In this document: piece after piece, positions 28,867 to 38,707 of the stretch
Layout: every line of letters starts with the position of its first letter
How positions within the stretch are numbered: the stretch's first letter is position 1
Source: an uncultured Erysipelotrichaceae bacterium
GTDB lineage: Bacteria > Bacillota_I > Bacilli_A > RF39 > UBA660
DNA: 60,047 bases
Assembly: GCA_902778125.1 (NCBI GenBank)
Contig: CACYWH010000012.1
Span: forward strand, 1 to 60,047
Direction of reading: 5' to 3'
Notes under the pieces: generated by a model
What the model was told of the DNA's origin: nothing
Seen by the model: only the letters and a program-made list of their open reading frames with translations
Databases searched by the model: none
Translations under genes and position numbers: made by a program

Positions 28867-29412
28867 CTACAAGCAATGATTTTTAACATTTATCATCTTA
28901 TGATTCTTTTTATTCAAAAAATCACATACTTTAACAAAACAAGATATCTGATCTTCATTTAATTCATGAGTATCTACCATGTGTTTTAATTCTCCCATTG
29001 AAAACCATTTTACCTCAGTCAATTCCTCCTTTTGTACTGTGATATCATTAAGATCTATATCTTTATTTACAAAATACATTTTATAGCAATCTTTACCATC
29101 ACATCCAGAATCGTAAAGTATGAAGTTTTCATTAGAAAAATCTAATCCAAGTTCTTCTTTTACTTCAGTAATAATCCCTTCTATTGGAGTCTCACCTGAC
29201 TTGGGATGACCACCAGTTACTCCCCAATCTCCACCCTTAGCTTCAACTCTTTTTTGCATTAAAAATTCACCATTGGAATTTCTAATTACTACCATTACTA
29301 CAATAGGGTAATATCCTTCTGGAATTAAATCACCTTTTCTATATGTTTTATTAGTTTTATTACTATTCTTATCATACAAATCTCTTAACTCGGCCATTTT
29401 ATCACTTCCCAT
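28867..29412 (-). CDS. NUDIX hydrolase (start may be ATG at 29397)
   Basis: Nudix box GGHPKSGETPIEGIITEVKEELG. Confidence 0.9.
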   Translation of the reverse strand: MGSDKMAELRDLYDKNSNKTNKTYRKGDLIPEGYYPIVVMVVIRNSNGEFLMQKRVEAKGGDWGVTGGHPKSGETPIEGIITEVKEELGLDFSNENFILYDSGCDGKDCYKMYFVNKDIDLNDITVQKEELTEVKWFSMGELKHMVDTHELNEDQISCFVKVCDFLNKKNHKMINVKNHCL

Positions 29413-29426
29413 TAATAATTATACCA

Positions 29427-29455
29427 TTGATTATAGAACGTTTGTTTGCTATAAT
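29427..29455 (+). promoter_or_regulatory. SigA promoter of the putative toxin mRNA
   Basis: TTGATT-17 bp-TATAAT with extended -10 TG. Confidence 0.7.
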
Positions 29456-29518
29456 ATATCTTGGAACATTTAATAAGTTGGGTGGAGCCAAACTTCTTGA
29501 CAGAAGGGAGGCGAGAAT

Positions 29519-29602
29519 ATGAACAAGAAGGATTTTTTAATTCTATCTTTAGTAATTATTATCTTCCTTTTACTATTCTTACTATTTATAGTATTAATAT
29601 AA
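29519..29602 (+). CDS. 27-aa hydrophobic peptide, probable type I toxin; absent from the ORF track
   Basis: MNKKDFLILSLVIIIFLLLFLLFIVLI*. Strong GGGAGG RBS, own promoter, structured UTRs and a convergent promoter. Confidence 0.7.
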   Translation: MNKKDFLILSLVIIIFLLLFLLFIVLI

Positions 29603-29713
29603 AAGAAATCCACCTAACTCAGCAATGATTTAGGTGGAATCGAATTTATTCGGCAACACTCAACATGCGACATTAAGTGTTCCTTTTTTATTGTATGAAG
29701 TTTCCTTCATCTA
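29603..29713 (-). ncRNA. Putative antisense antitoxin RNA overlapping the toxin 3' UTR (ends approximate)
   Basis: Minus-strand promoter TTGATA (29742-29747)-17 bp-TATATT (29719-29724) with extended TG; hairpins ATGAAG-TTTC-CTTCAT and TCCACCTAA...TTAGGTGGA in the predicted transcript. Confidence 0.5.
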
Positions 29714-29791
29714 TATACAATATATCATAAATTTATATTTTTATCAAGCCATATACGTGCTAAGCAGTATCTGAGTAATTTTCTTCCATTA

Positions 29792-30619
29792 TCATTTATA
29801 TGATTTTTTACCATTATTTTGCAATAGTGAATCATGATATTCTTTCATTTTCAATACTAAATTATCAATAGCATTAATTTTATCATCAGAAAAATCAACT
29901 TTTTCTTTTTTAGAAATAGTTCTCCTAGCTTTAAATCCACACATAAATATTAATTGGGAAAATTGGCTAAAATATTCATCACCAAGTGATTCTCTAAATT
30001 TCAATAAATTACCTGAAACATTTAATTCCTTTAAATTATCCTTAAATGCACTATAAAACGAATCAATCACTGGAAATAAGTTCTCTTGCCAAGATGGCAT
30101 AACCTCAACCTTTAATCCGATTTTTTTTAATTCTTCTATAATCTCTAAAGTCATTTTCTGATTAATTGCTTCATTTAAATCATTATCATATTGGATAATT
30201 CCATTTTTTTCAACACTATAACTAATCCCACTAATCTGTATTAACGGTTTTCTAGATACAATATGACTACCAATTTTATGATTAATCTCATGTATTATTT
30301 TAGTTAAATCATAAGATAATGGTAAAACCAGTACATCAAATTCATCTATATATACACTCTGTAAAAAGGCTTCTTTTTTTCTTTCTTTTAGGATTCTGTC
30401 TAATTCATCTTTAGGAAGCGATGAAATTATATGATTATAAATATTATCATTCATATCACTTGATTCATCATACCAAATAACTCTTGAATCTTTTATTTTG
30501 TCCACAATGTATTCGCTATTATCTGTTCCATAAAAATTAATAAATGCTTGAATAATGAAATTTATGTCATTATTTAATCTCTCGTTTACTTCTTTAAACT
30601 TATTTTCTAATTTTTGCAT
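29792..30619 (-). CDS. Hypothetical cytoplasmic protein with zincin-like HExxH motif
   Basis: IIHEINH followed by LNEAIN about 35 aa later (gluzincin-like spacing); no signal peptide. Confidence 0.6.
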   Translation of the reverse strand: MQKLENKFKEVNERLNNDINFIIQAFINFYGTDNSEYIVDKIKDSRVIWYDESSDMNDNIYNHIISSLPKDELDRILKERKKEAFLQSVYIDEFDVLVLPLSYDLTKIIHEINHKIGSHIVSRKPLIQISGISYSVEKNGIIQYDNDLNEAINQKMTLEIIEELKKIGLKVEVMPSWQENLFPVIDSFYSAFKDNLKELNVSGNLLKFRESLGDEYFSQFSQLIFMCGFKARRTISKKEKVDFSDDKINAIDNLVLKMKEYHDSLLQNNGKKSYK

Positions 30620-30663
30620 TATTTCACCTCTTATATAAAATTATATCATAAAACCTAAATTTT

Positions 30664-30694
30664 GTAGCCTACCTGTAGCCTACTCGTAGCCTAC
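30664..30694. repeat. Three GTAGCCTAC direct repeats at 11-bp period below rpsI
   Basis: GTAGCCTAC-CT-GTAGCCTAC-TC-GTAGCCTAC read directly. Confidence 0.85.
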
Positions 30695-30732
30695 GACGCT
30701 AGTTCCGTTTTATAATAGAGTTTTATTATATG

Positions 30733-30761
30733 CAAAAAAAGCCCGTAAATACAGGCTTTTC
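30733..30761 (-). terminator. rplM-rpsI terminator
   Basis: Minus strand AAAAGCCTGTA-TT-TACGGGCTTTTTTT. Confidence 0.8.
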
Positions 30762-30783
30762 GAAACATTGAAATAAGAATTTC

Positions 30784-31155
30784 CTATCTCTTACTGAATT
30801 GTGGTGCTCTACGTGCTTTCTTAAGACCATATTTCTTTCTTTCCTTAATTCTAGCATCACGAGTTACCATACCATTTGATTTTGCTAACATTAATGCTCT
30901 AGCAATACCTAATCTAATAGCTCCTGTTTGACCAGAAAAACCTCCACCTTTAACACTAACTAAAACATCATATTTATCTTTTGATTCAGTTAGTTCTAAT
31001 GGTTGAACTAAATCCATAACTAATGTTTCATAAGGCATATAGTCTTTTACATCCTTACCGTTAACAGTTATTTTACCAGTTCCTTTTACTAATGTTACTT
31101 TTGCAACACATCTTTTTCTTCTACCTAAAGCAGTATATTTTTTAGTTTCTGCCAT
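30784..31155 (-). CDS. rpsI: 30S ribosomal protein S9
   Basis: [42 protein letters not shown]. Confidence 0.98.
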   Translation of the reverse strand: MAETKKYTALGRRKRCVAKVTLVKGTGKITVNGKDVKDYMPYETLVMDLVQPLELTESKDKYDVLVSVKGGGFSGQTGAIRLGIARALMLAKSNGMVTRDARIKERKKYGLKKARRAPQFSKR

Positions 31156-31156
31156 A

Positions 31157-31588
31157 CTACTTTACCTCCAATCTTTCTGGTTTTTGAGCTTCATGTTTAT
31201 GTTCACTACCAGCATATACAAATAATTGTCTATAGATTTGTCTTCCTAATCTATTTTTTGGAAGCATACCTTTAACAGCTCTTTCTACCATTTCTACTGG
31301 ATACTTTTCTACCATTGTTCTAGCAGTTCTCTCTCTTAAACCACCTGGATATCCACTATGATTATAATAAATTTTCTTATCTAGTTTATCACCAGTAAGA
31401 TTTACCTTTTCAGCATTGATAATAATAACATTATCTCCACATGCTACGTAAGGAGTATAAGTTGGTTTATGTTTTCCTCTTAATACAGAAGCAGCTAAAG
31501 CAGCAACTTTACCTAAATTCTTTCCTTCTGCATCAATTACAAACCACTTATGTTCAACGTCTTCTTTTTTTAACATAAATGTTTTCAT
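31157..31588 (-). CDS. rplM: 50S ribosomal protein L13
   Basis: [39 protein letters not shown]. Confidence 0.98.
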   Translation of the reverse strand: MKTFMLKKEDVEHKWFVIDAEGKNLGKVAALAASVLRGKHKPTYTPYVACGDNVIIINAEKVNLTGDKLDKKIYYNHSGYPGGLRERTARTMVEKYPVEMVERAVKGMLPKNRLGRQIYRQLFVYAGSEHKHEAQKPERLEVK

Positions 31589-31715
31589 ATTTAAATCCCT
31601 TCTTTAATATCAGTACTACTATATTTGCAACTATAGTCTCTTCTTTCCCACAGAAGAGTGCACCTCCATTAAAATGTACCGGGAATATTATATAAAAAGT
31701 ATATTCAAATGTCAA
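31589..31715 (-). promoter_or_regulatory. rplM-rpsI consensus SigA promoter and structured 5' leader (possible L13 leader)
   Basis: TTGACA (31710-31715)-17 bp-TATAAT (31687-31692); the leader holds a CTCTTCT...AGAAGAG hairpin. The L13-leader identity is unverified. Confidence 0.65.
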
Positions 31716-31821
31716 ACATTTTTTTACATTTTACATCTATTTAATAATAAATATTATACACAAACATTTAATCATTATTCTTGACAATATATCATTAAAT
31801 ATTATACAATTTATTTATAAT

Positions 31822-32946
31822 ATGGAGGAAAAGATGAAGAATAAAGGAATGCTAACTTTACTTGTGATACTATTCATCATCGCTGCTGGCTGTGGTGGTG
31901 TAGGATTTTATTATAGTAGCAACAGAGTTACTGAAGAAAAACCAAAGCCTGTGGAAGAACCCGTAACGGCTAAAATATCATATTTATATTATTTAGAAGA
32001 GACAAAAGTAGATGAAATGCCTAAAAATGATGTTACTACTGCAGAAGACGGTACTGAAACTACTAATGTTAAGTATAAATTTTCAAGATTTTCATGTACT
32101 AATGATTTGACAGGCTCTTTTAATGAAGATACATGGGAATTTACTCCAGCTGAACAAAAAGATAGTGTTTGTAGCTTATATTTTGTTAATGCTAAATATA
32201 ATGTTACATTAACAGTTGTCAATGGGCAAACTGATGGTGATAATACAAAAGAAGTAGAAAGAGAACAAAATGGTAAATTTAAAATAATACCAGATGCCGG
32301 TTATGAATTTAAAGAAGCACAATGTTCACCAGATGATAAGGCAGCATCTTGGGATAGTTCAGATAGTACAATAAATATTAATGCTATTACTAGTGATGTT
32401 ATGTGCAAAGTAACATTTGGTATAAAAGAATTAACTGCTAAAATAACTGTAGTTAATGGTACTGGCAATACCACTGAAAAAGCAAAATATGGTGAAAGTG
32501 TTAGTGCTATAGTAAGTGCTAATGATGGATATGAAAAACCAAAAATAGAATGTACTAATAAACAAACAGCTACATTTGAAAACAATAAAATTTCAATTCA
32601 AAAATTAACTGATAATACTGAATGTAAAATTACTTTTAATGCAGTTCCTATTACAAAATATAAATTAACATTTGAATTACCTCAACAAGTAACTGTTGTA
32701 AGTGGTAACCTTACTCAAGAAATTGAATCTGGTAAAGATGGTACTATTACATTACAAACTGATAGTTCTTATACTCATTCACTTGATTGTGGTGGTGTAT
32801 CTCCATCAAAATCTGAAGATATTAATGCTACTACTAGAAAATATACATTCTTAGCAATTAAGAATAATATAACATGTAAGGTAACAGCGACTAGAATAGA
32901 ACCAGAGCCAACAACACCTACTGAACCTGAACAACCATCAAATTAA
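31822..32946 (+). CDS. Surface protein with four Cys-paired beta-rich repeats (divergent InlB B-repeat-like) and Pro/Glu tail
   Basis: N-terminal hydrophobic segment (possible lipobox IAAGC); repeats FSC..SVCSLYF, AQC..VMCKVTF, IEC..TECKITF, LDC..ITCKVTA. Confidence 0.75.
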   Translation: MEEKMKNKGMLTLLVILFIIAAGCGGVGFYYSSNRVTEEKPKPVEEPVTAKISYLYYLEETKVDEMPKNDVTTAEDGTETTNVKYKFSRFSCTNDLTGSFNEDTWEFTPAEQKDSVCSLYFVNAKYNVTLTVVNGQTDGDNTKEVEREQNGKFKIIPDAGYEFKEAQCSPDDKAASWDSSDSTININAITSDVMCKVTFGIKELTAKITVVNGTGNTTEKAKYGESVSAIVSANDGYEKPKIECTNKQTATFENNKISIQKLTDNTECKITFNAVPITKYKLTFELPQQVTVVSGNLTQEIESGKDGTITLQTDSSYTHSLDCGGVSPSKSEDINATTRKYTFLAIKNNITCKVTATRIEPEPTTPTEPEQPSN

Positions 32947-33024
32947 TAAATTAAAATGAAGCACTGCTTCATTTTTTTATTGAAATATAATTATTTAAAT
33001 GATAAATTATTGTTGGTGAAAGAA

Positions 33025-34005
33025 ATGTGGAAAATAGGTAATGTAGAAATTAAAAATAAAATAGTTTGTGCACCTATGGCTGGTGTTTCTAACCAAGCAT
33101 TTAGACAAATATTGAAAGAAATGGGAGCAGGTCTTATTTATAGTGAAATGATAAGTAATATGGGAATAATCTATAATAGTAAAAATACCATAGATATGCT
33201 TAAAATAAGTGATCAAGAAAGACCAATTAGCATTCAAATATTTGGAAATAGCACAGAATCTTTTGTTAATGCCGCTAAATATATAGAAGAAAACATTCAT
33301 CCGGATATTATAGATATAAATATGGGATGTCCTGTTCCAAAAGTTGCGCTAAAATCACAAGCAGGATCAAGTTTACTTAAAAATCCTGATAAAATTAAAG
33401 AAATAGTATCTGCTGTAGTTAATGCTGTAAAAACACCAATTACAGTTAAAATAAGAGCTGGATGGAATAATAGTACTATCAATTGTGTAGAAGTTGCAAA
33501 AGTAATAGAAGCAGCTGGTGCTAGTGCAATAGCTATACATCCAAGAACTAGAGAGCAAGGATATAGTGGTACAGCAGATTGGAGTTTAATTAAAAAAGTT
33601 AAAGAAGCTGTTAGCATCCCCGTAATTGGAAATGGTGATATTAAAACAATATATGATGCAAAAAGAATGCTTGAAGAAACAAAATGTGATGCAGTTATGA
33701 TAGGAAGAGCATCCCTAGGATATCCTTTTATTATAAAAGAATGCGTGGAATATATAGAAAATAATAATATAATAGAAAAACCTAGTTATAAAGAAATTGT
33801 TGATATGATGTTAAAACATTATGAGCTATTAAAGCAATATGATGGCGATAAAAGAGCAATTATGGAAATTAAAACACATGCACTTGCATATCTAAAACAT
33901 ATACCAGGAAGCAAAGAATATAAACTAGAAATATCCAATTCTAAAACAGAAGAAGAATTTATAAGTATAGTAAATCATATTAAAAAATATATTGAATCAT
34001 TGTGA
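33025..34005 (+). CDS. dusB: tRNA-dihydrouridine synthase DusB (start moved from 32956 to ATG 33025)
   Basis: [38 protein letters not shown]. Confidence 0.95.
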   Translation: MWKIGNVEIKNKIVCAPMAGVSNQAFRQILKEMGAGLIYSEMISNMGIIYNSKNTIDMLKISDQERPISIQIFGNSTESFVNAAKYIEENIHPDIIDINMGCPVPKVALKSQAGSSLLKNPDKIKEIVSAVVNAVKTPITVKIRAGWNNSTINCVEVAKVIEAAGASAIAIHPRTREQGYSGTADWSLIKKVKEAVSIPVIGNGDIKTIYDAKRMLEETKCDAVMIGRASLGYPFIIKECVEYIENNNIIEKPSYKEIVDMMLKHYELLKQYDGDKRAIMEIKTHALAYLKHIPGSKEYKLEISNSKTEEEFISIVNHIKKYIESL

Positions 34006-34082
34006 AAAATAATAAAAAAGTCTAGCAAAATCTTGTAATGCTCGGCTTTTTTATTATATAATTATTTTGAGGAGGATATAAA

Positions 34083-35492
34083 ATGAAAAAGACAGGATTA
34101 TTTAAAATACTTATGTGTGTATTGTTAAGTGTTGTTTTATTATCTTGGCTATTACCATCTAGTTACTTCTATATGGGAGAATTAATGGATATTGGTAGAT
34201 ATAGAATAGGATTCTTTGATATTTTCCAATTCTTATTTGGAACATTTGAATTCCAAAATTTCGTACAAATATTCTTATTTATTCTTTCAGTAGGTGTATT
34301 TTATGGAGTTCTTGAAAAAACAGGAAAATATAGAGCTTGGGTAGATAAAATAGCAGCATCATTCAAAGGAATTGAATGGGTACTTTTAGTAATAATTGCC
34401 GTATTACTAGCAGGTCTTACATCAGTGTTTAACTATGGAGTTATACTATTTATGTTTATTCCATTCTTAGTTGGTTTAGTTCTTGCTATGGGATATGACA
34501 AAATGACTGCTTTTGTAGCAACATTTGGTGCTATGTTAGTAGGTAACATTGGAAGTACTCTAAGCTATGAAGTAAGCAATTCAATTAATAATGCAATTGG
34601 AATATCAATGTCAACAGGTATTGTATTTAAGTTATTACTATTAGTTTTAACTTTAGGGCTATTAATATTCTATTTAGTAAAAGCAAAACATACATTAGTA
34701 AATAAAGTAGAAAGCAAAGTGGAAGAACTTGTTGAAAATGATTTATTCATTGGAGAAAAATCTTCTAATAAGTATTCAGTTGCTACAATAATAGTTGTTT
34801 TTTCAGTTCTATTTGTACTTCTAATATTAGGCTGCACTAAATGGTCTGATATATTTGGAGTAAATATATTTGAAAACTTCTATAATACTGTTATGGGAAT
34901 CAAAATAGGAGAATTTGAAATATTCAAAAATCTATTTGGTGAAATAGCTGCATTCGGTAAATGGTATTATGCTGAAATGACTATAGTATTATTGTTATCT
35001 GCTTTATTAGTTGGTAAATGTTATAGAATGAAATTTACTGAAATAGGAAATAATATGGTTAATGGTGTTAAAAAAGTATTAAAGCCAGCACTATTAGTTA
35101 TGCTATGTTATGCAGTATTCTATTTCAATGCTAATTCAATGACATATCCAACAATTGCTAAATTCCTTATGGGTGCTACAAAGAACTTTAATTTCATGTT
35201 TACATCTATTTCTATGGCATTAGGTTCTCTTGAACATGTAGATATGTTATATATTGCTTCTTATGTAATACCTCAATTAGCCGCTGGAACAGATAATACT
35301 GTAACAATGCTAATTATATCTCAAGGTATATATGGTGTTACAATGTTAGTAGCTCCTACTAGTGTAGTATTAGTATTAGGTCTTAGTTATTTAGGTATTC
35401 CATATACTGAATACATTAAGAAAATGTGGAAATACATTGTAATTGCACTAGGAATTGTATTAGCACTAGTTGTAATAAGCATGTTAATATAA
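34083..35492 (+). CDS. YfcC/DcuC-like (ion transporter superfamily) membrane transporter
   Basis: About 12 TM helices; SWLLP, GYDKMTA, APTS...LSYLGIPYTEY..KMWK resemble the YfcC family. Confidence 0.7.
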   Translation: MKKTGLFKILMCVLLSVVLLSWLLPSSYFYMGELMDIGRYRIGFFDIFQFLFGTFEFQNFVQIFLFILSVGVFYGVLEKTGKYRAWVDKIAASFKGIEWVLLVIIAVLLAGLTSVFNYGVILFMFIPFLVGLVLAMGYDKMTAFVATFGAMLVGNIGSTLSYEVSNSINNAIGISMSTGIVFKLLLLVLTLGLLIFYLVKAKHTLVNKVESKVEELVENDLFIGEKSSNKYSVATIIVVFSVLFVLLILGCTKWSDIFGVNIFENFYNTVMGIKIGEFEIFKNLFGEIAAFGKWYYAEMTIVLLLSALLVGKCYRMKFTEIGNNMVNGVKKVLKPALLVMLCYAVFYFNANSMTYPTIAKFLMGATKNFNFMFTSISMALGSLEHVDMLYIASYVIPQLAAGTDNTVTMLIISQGIYGVTMLVAPTSVVLVLGLSYLGIPYTEYIKKMWKYIVIALGIVLALVVISMLI

Positions 35493-35576
35493 TTTAGAAC
35501 AACATAATTATCAAATTATGTTGTTTTTTTATGCATAAAAAGTATTTTAATTATTAATAATGACATAATATATATT

Positions 35577-36884
35577 ATGATAGAATATGACATAGAAGTA
35601 ATCAAAATATTAAAGGAAAGTGAAAAAGAAGCAAAATTATTGGAGTGTAAATATGTTTCTACAGAACATATAATACTAGCAGTTTTAAAATCAAATAATA
35701 CCATCAAAAAACACTTTTTGCAAAGGAATATAACATACGATGATTATTTATCAATAGTAAAAGAAAGCACTCCTAGAACCGATAAAAACACTCTTATTTC
35801 ATATACTCCATTACTAAAAAGAATTATAATATCATCTTCTAAAAACAATAAGGTTAAATTAAAAGAATTAGTATTAAGAATATTAGATCAAACTAATAGT
35901 GTAGCCTATTCTTTATTGTTAATAAAAAATATAAATATTAATGAGCTATATAACGATATAAAAAGCGAAGAAATAACAAGCTATGGAATTAATCTAAATA
36001 AGAAAAAACTAGATAAATTATGGATAAGAGAAAAAGAATTAAATGAATTAATTGAATCACTTTGTAAAAAGAATAAAAATAACGTAATTTTAATTGGAGA
36101 AGCAGGAGTGGGTAAAACAGCATTAGTTGAATCACTTGCGCAAAAAATTAATATGAAAGATGTTCCAAAAGAATTAATAGACAAGCAAATAATTTCTATT
36201 AATATTGCGTCAATAGTAGCAGGAACTAAATATAGAGGAGAGTTTGAAGATAGGCTTGAAAAAATAATAAAGAGATTCGAAAATGACAAATATATTCTTT
36301 TCATAGATGAAATACACACAATATTAGGTGCTGGTTCATCAGAAGGATCTATAGATGCTGCTAATATATTAAAGCCATATTTAGCAAGAGAAGACATAAG
36401 ATGTATAGGTGCTACTACTATTAACGAATTTAATAATTCAATAAAAAAAGATAAAGCTCTTATGAGAAGATTCAAAATTATACACATAAATGAACCAAAT
36501 CGTGTAGAAACTGAACAAATTTTATTAAATGTAAAGAAGTATTATGAAGATTTTCATAATGTAAGAATTACTAATAAATCTATCAAAAATATAATAAATC
36601 TATCGAGTATAAAATTACCAAATAAAAAAGAACCTGATAGAAGTTTAGATATATTAGATATAGCATGTACTAAATTAAAACTTAAATATAAAGATGATAA
36701 ATATAACGAATTATTAAATAAGAAGAATAAATATTTAATTGAAAATAATTTTAAAAAAGTCATAGAAATTAATACTAAAATTAACAACTTATATAATAAA
36801 AATAGAATATTATCACAGGATATTATTAATAACTGCTTTAATGATTTAAATAATACAAATAAAATAGGATTTAAGTTACCTTAA
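35577..36884 (+). CDS. ClpC-like protein with Clp-N domain and a single AAA+ module
   Basis: YVSTEHIILA (Clp-N), GEAGVGKT, AGTKYRGEFE, LFIDEIH, IGATT, ALMRRF; no second NBD. Confidence 0.85.
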   Translation: MIEYDIEVIKILKESEKEAKLLECKYVSTEHIILAVLKSNNTIKKHFLQRNITYDDYLSIVKESTPRTDKNTLISYTPLLKRIIISSSKNNKVKLKELVLRILDQTNSVAYSLLLIKNININELYNDIKSEEITSYGINLNKKKLDKLWIREKELNELIESLCKKNKNNVILIGEAGVGKTALVESLAQKINMKDVPKELIDKQIISINIASIVAGTKYRGEFEDRLEKIIKRFENDKYILFIDEIHTILGAGSSEGSIDAANILKPYLAREDIRCIGATTINEFNNSIKKDKALMRRFKIIHINEPNRVETEQILLNVKKYYEDFHNVRITNKSIKNIINLSSIKLPNKKEPDRSLDILDIACTKLKLKYKDDKYNELLNKKNKYLIENNFKKVIEINTKINNLYNKNRILSQDIINNCFNDLNNTNKIGFKLP

Positions 36885-36898
36885 ATCCTATTTATTTT
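36856..36898. terminator. Bidirectional terminator between the clp gene and rpsR
   Basis: AAATAGGATTTAAG-TTAC-CTTAAATCCTATTT hairpin between convergent genes. Confidence 0.75.
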
Positions 36899-36906
36899 AA
36901 CATTAA

Positions 36907-37119
36907 TTACTTTGTATATGGTAATAAAGCCATATATCTAGCTATTTTAATTTGATTAGCAATATGTCTTTGATGTTTAGCACATGCTCCAGTCATACGT
37001 CTAGGTAATATTTTACCTTTTTCATTTATATATTTTGAAACAATAGCTACATCTTTGTAATCTACTGATTTACCAGCACACATTTGACATATTTTTTTTC
37101 TTCTATAAAATTCTGCCAT
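36907..37119 (-). CDS. rpsR: 30S ribosomal protein S18 (zinc-binding type)
   Basis: [26 protein letters not shown]. Confidence 0.97.
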   Translation of the reverse strand: MAEFYRRKKICQMCAGKSVDYKDVAIVSKYINEKGKILPRRMTGACAKHQRHIANQIKIARYMALLPYTK

Positions 37120-37130
37120 TTTCTCCTCCT

Positions 37131-37601
37131 TTAGAATGGTAAGTCATTATCACTTAGTGATATTTCCTTATCATAATTTTCATACGGATCTGAAGCAGGA
37201 ATATCATATTCAGGCATAGTATCTATTGGGTCTTGACTTGGTGCATCTACATAAGCACTAGGTGCTTGATTAGAACTTCCCTCGTTCTTTCCACCAACAA
37301 ACTCTATATTTTCAACTACAACCTCAGTAACATATCTTTTAGTGCCATCTTGTGCATCATAGTTTCTTGTTTGAACTCTTCCTTCAATACCAATTAAGCT
37401 TCCTTTTTTAAAATATTTAGAAACAAAATCAGCTTGAGCTCTAAATGCTACACAAGGTAAGAAATCTGCATCATAGTTACCATCTTTATTCTTAAAGTTT
37501 CTACTAACTGCTACTGTAAAATTAGCAGCAGAAGAACCATTATTCATACTTCTAACTTCAGGATCACGAACTAGTCTTCCAACTAATAATATTTTATTCA
37601 T
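37131..37601 (-). CDS. ssb: Single-stranded DNA-binding protein
   Basis: [25 protein letters not shown]-terminal DLPF. Confidence 0.98.
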   Translation of the reverse strand: MNKILLVGRLVRDPEVRSMNNGSSAANFTVAVSRNFKNKDGNYDADFLPCVAFRAQADFVSKYFKKGSLIGIEGRVQTRNYDAQDGTKRYVTEVVVENIEFVGGKNEGSSNQAPSAYVDAPSQDPIDTMPEYDIPASDPYENYDKEISLSDNDLPF

Positions 37602-37602
37602 A

Positions 37603-37890
37603 CTACTCCTCTTCTCTTATGACAATATGTCTTAAGATGTTTTCATCAATCTTAGCTTTTCTATCAAATTCTTTAACAGCAGCAGCACTAGCTTCTACAT
37701 TAAGAACATAATAGTTTCCTCTAACTTGATTATTTATCGGATAAGCAAGTTTTCTTTGACCCATATCTTTAGTGTTAACTATTTTAGATTTCATGTTTGT
37801 TAATACTTTTTCAAAAGCACTAACTGTATCTTTTTGAGTCTTTTCATCGATATCAGCTCTAACGATAAACATTATTTCATATTTATTCAT
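37603..37890 (-). CDS. rpsF: 30S ribosomal protein S6 (start moved from 37932 to ATG 37890)
   Basis: MNKYEIMFIV, GQRKLAYPI, ILRHIV; AGGAGG RBS before 37890. Confidence 0.97.
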   Translation of the reverse strand: MNKYEIMFIVRADIDEKTQKDTVSAFEKVLTNMKSKIVNTKDMGQRKLAYPINNQVRGNYYVLNVEASAAAVKEFDRKAKIDENILRHIVIREEE

Positions 37891-37980
37891 TATTACACCT
37901 CCTTTTGGTCTTAACGGCTTCAAATGAAGCAAGGAACTTTCGTTCGAAAGTATTATAACACACTAATTAATAATATTCAA
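37891..37980 (-). promoter_or_regulatory. rpsF promoter and probable S6:S18 autoregulatory leader
   Basis: TTGAAT (37975-37980)-17 bp-TATAAT (37952-37957). Leader TCCTTGCT...GCCGTTAAGACCAAAAGGAGG, in which TCCTT can pair with the RBS, as in Bacilli rpsF leaders. Confidence 0.65.
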
Positions 37981-38011
37981 TCATAATTTTATTAATATTA
38001 TTTTTAAAAAT

Positions 38012-38076
38012 TTTACATATATTTGTAAATAAAATGTGTCAAATTTATGTGTCAAATTTACAAAATATGTTGTAAA
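38012..38076. promoter_or_regulatory. Repeat-rich control region upstream of the 191-aa fibre subunit
   Basis: Exact tandem TGTGTCAAATTTA x2 (38035-38060) flanked by two TTTACA...TGTAAA inverted repeats. Confidence 0.55.
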
Positions 38077-38130
38077 TATTATATGTAAAGCATATAATTT
38101 AATTATCAAAAGCAAAAGGAGGAACAATAT

Positions 38131-38706
38131 ATGAAGATTAAAAGAAAAATAATATTCTTTATATCACTATTATCATTATTCTACTGTGTTTCATTAATGC
38201 AAGAGACATATGCAAAATATATTTCAAGTGCCAATGCTAGTGCTGAATTAACAGTAGCAAGATGGAATGTTCTTGTAAACAATCAAGACATATTACAAAA
38301 TTCAAACTTTTCAGATAAAATTGCTCCTACTTTTGAAGGAACAACACATATTAAAAATGGTATTATAGCCCCAACTGCTGAAGGATACTTTGATGTTACT
38401 GTAAATGGAGAAGATACAGATGTTTCATTTGAATGGACGCTTACTCTTGAACCCGATGAAACAAATACAATAACAGATTTAGAAATAGTTAAATATTCAA
38501 TAGATAATGTAGAATATGCATATAATGATGCTATTACGCAAAGAGTTTTATTAAACGATGTTTCTCGTACTAAAACAGTTAGAGTATACGTAAGATGGAA
38601 TGATAATGCTGCAACTGAAACTATGGATAATGCTGATGATACAGCAGCAACTAAAACTGGAGTAGCAGCAATTAAAGTTGATTTAAATGTAATTCAAATA
38701 CAATAA
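38131..38706 (+). CDS. TasA/camelysin-like fibre subunit with SipW-class signal peptide
   Basis: Signal ending ETYA/KY, IAPTAEGYFDV, DVSFEWTL, VRWND...DT. Confidence 0.75.
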   Translation: MKIKRKIIFFISLLSLFYCVSLMQETYAKYISSANASAELTVARWNVLVNNQDILQNSNFSDKIAPTFEGTTHIKNGIIAPTAEGYFDVTVNGEDTDVSFEWTLTLEPDETNTITDLEIVKYSIDNVEYAYNDAITQRVLLNDVSRTKTVRVYVRWNDNAATETMDNADDTAATKTGVAAIKVDLNVIQIQ

Positions 38707-38707
38707 T

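Noticed and set aside
29748-29791. Possible displaced rpsI 3' copy (GCACGTA match on the minus strand)
   Set aside because: Only a 7-bp match with no continuation into an APQFSKR-like tail; not distinguishable from chance.
30664-30694. Short repeats as a CRISPR array
   Set aside because: 9-bp units with 2-bp spacers; no cas genes and no repeat-spacer array seen anywhere in the window.
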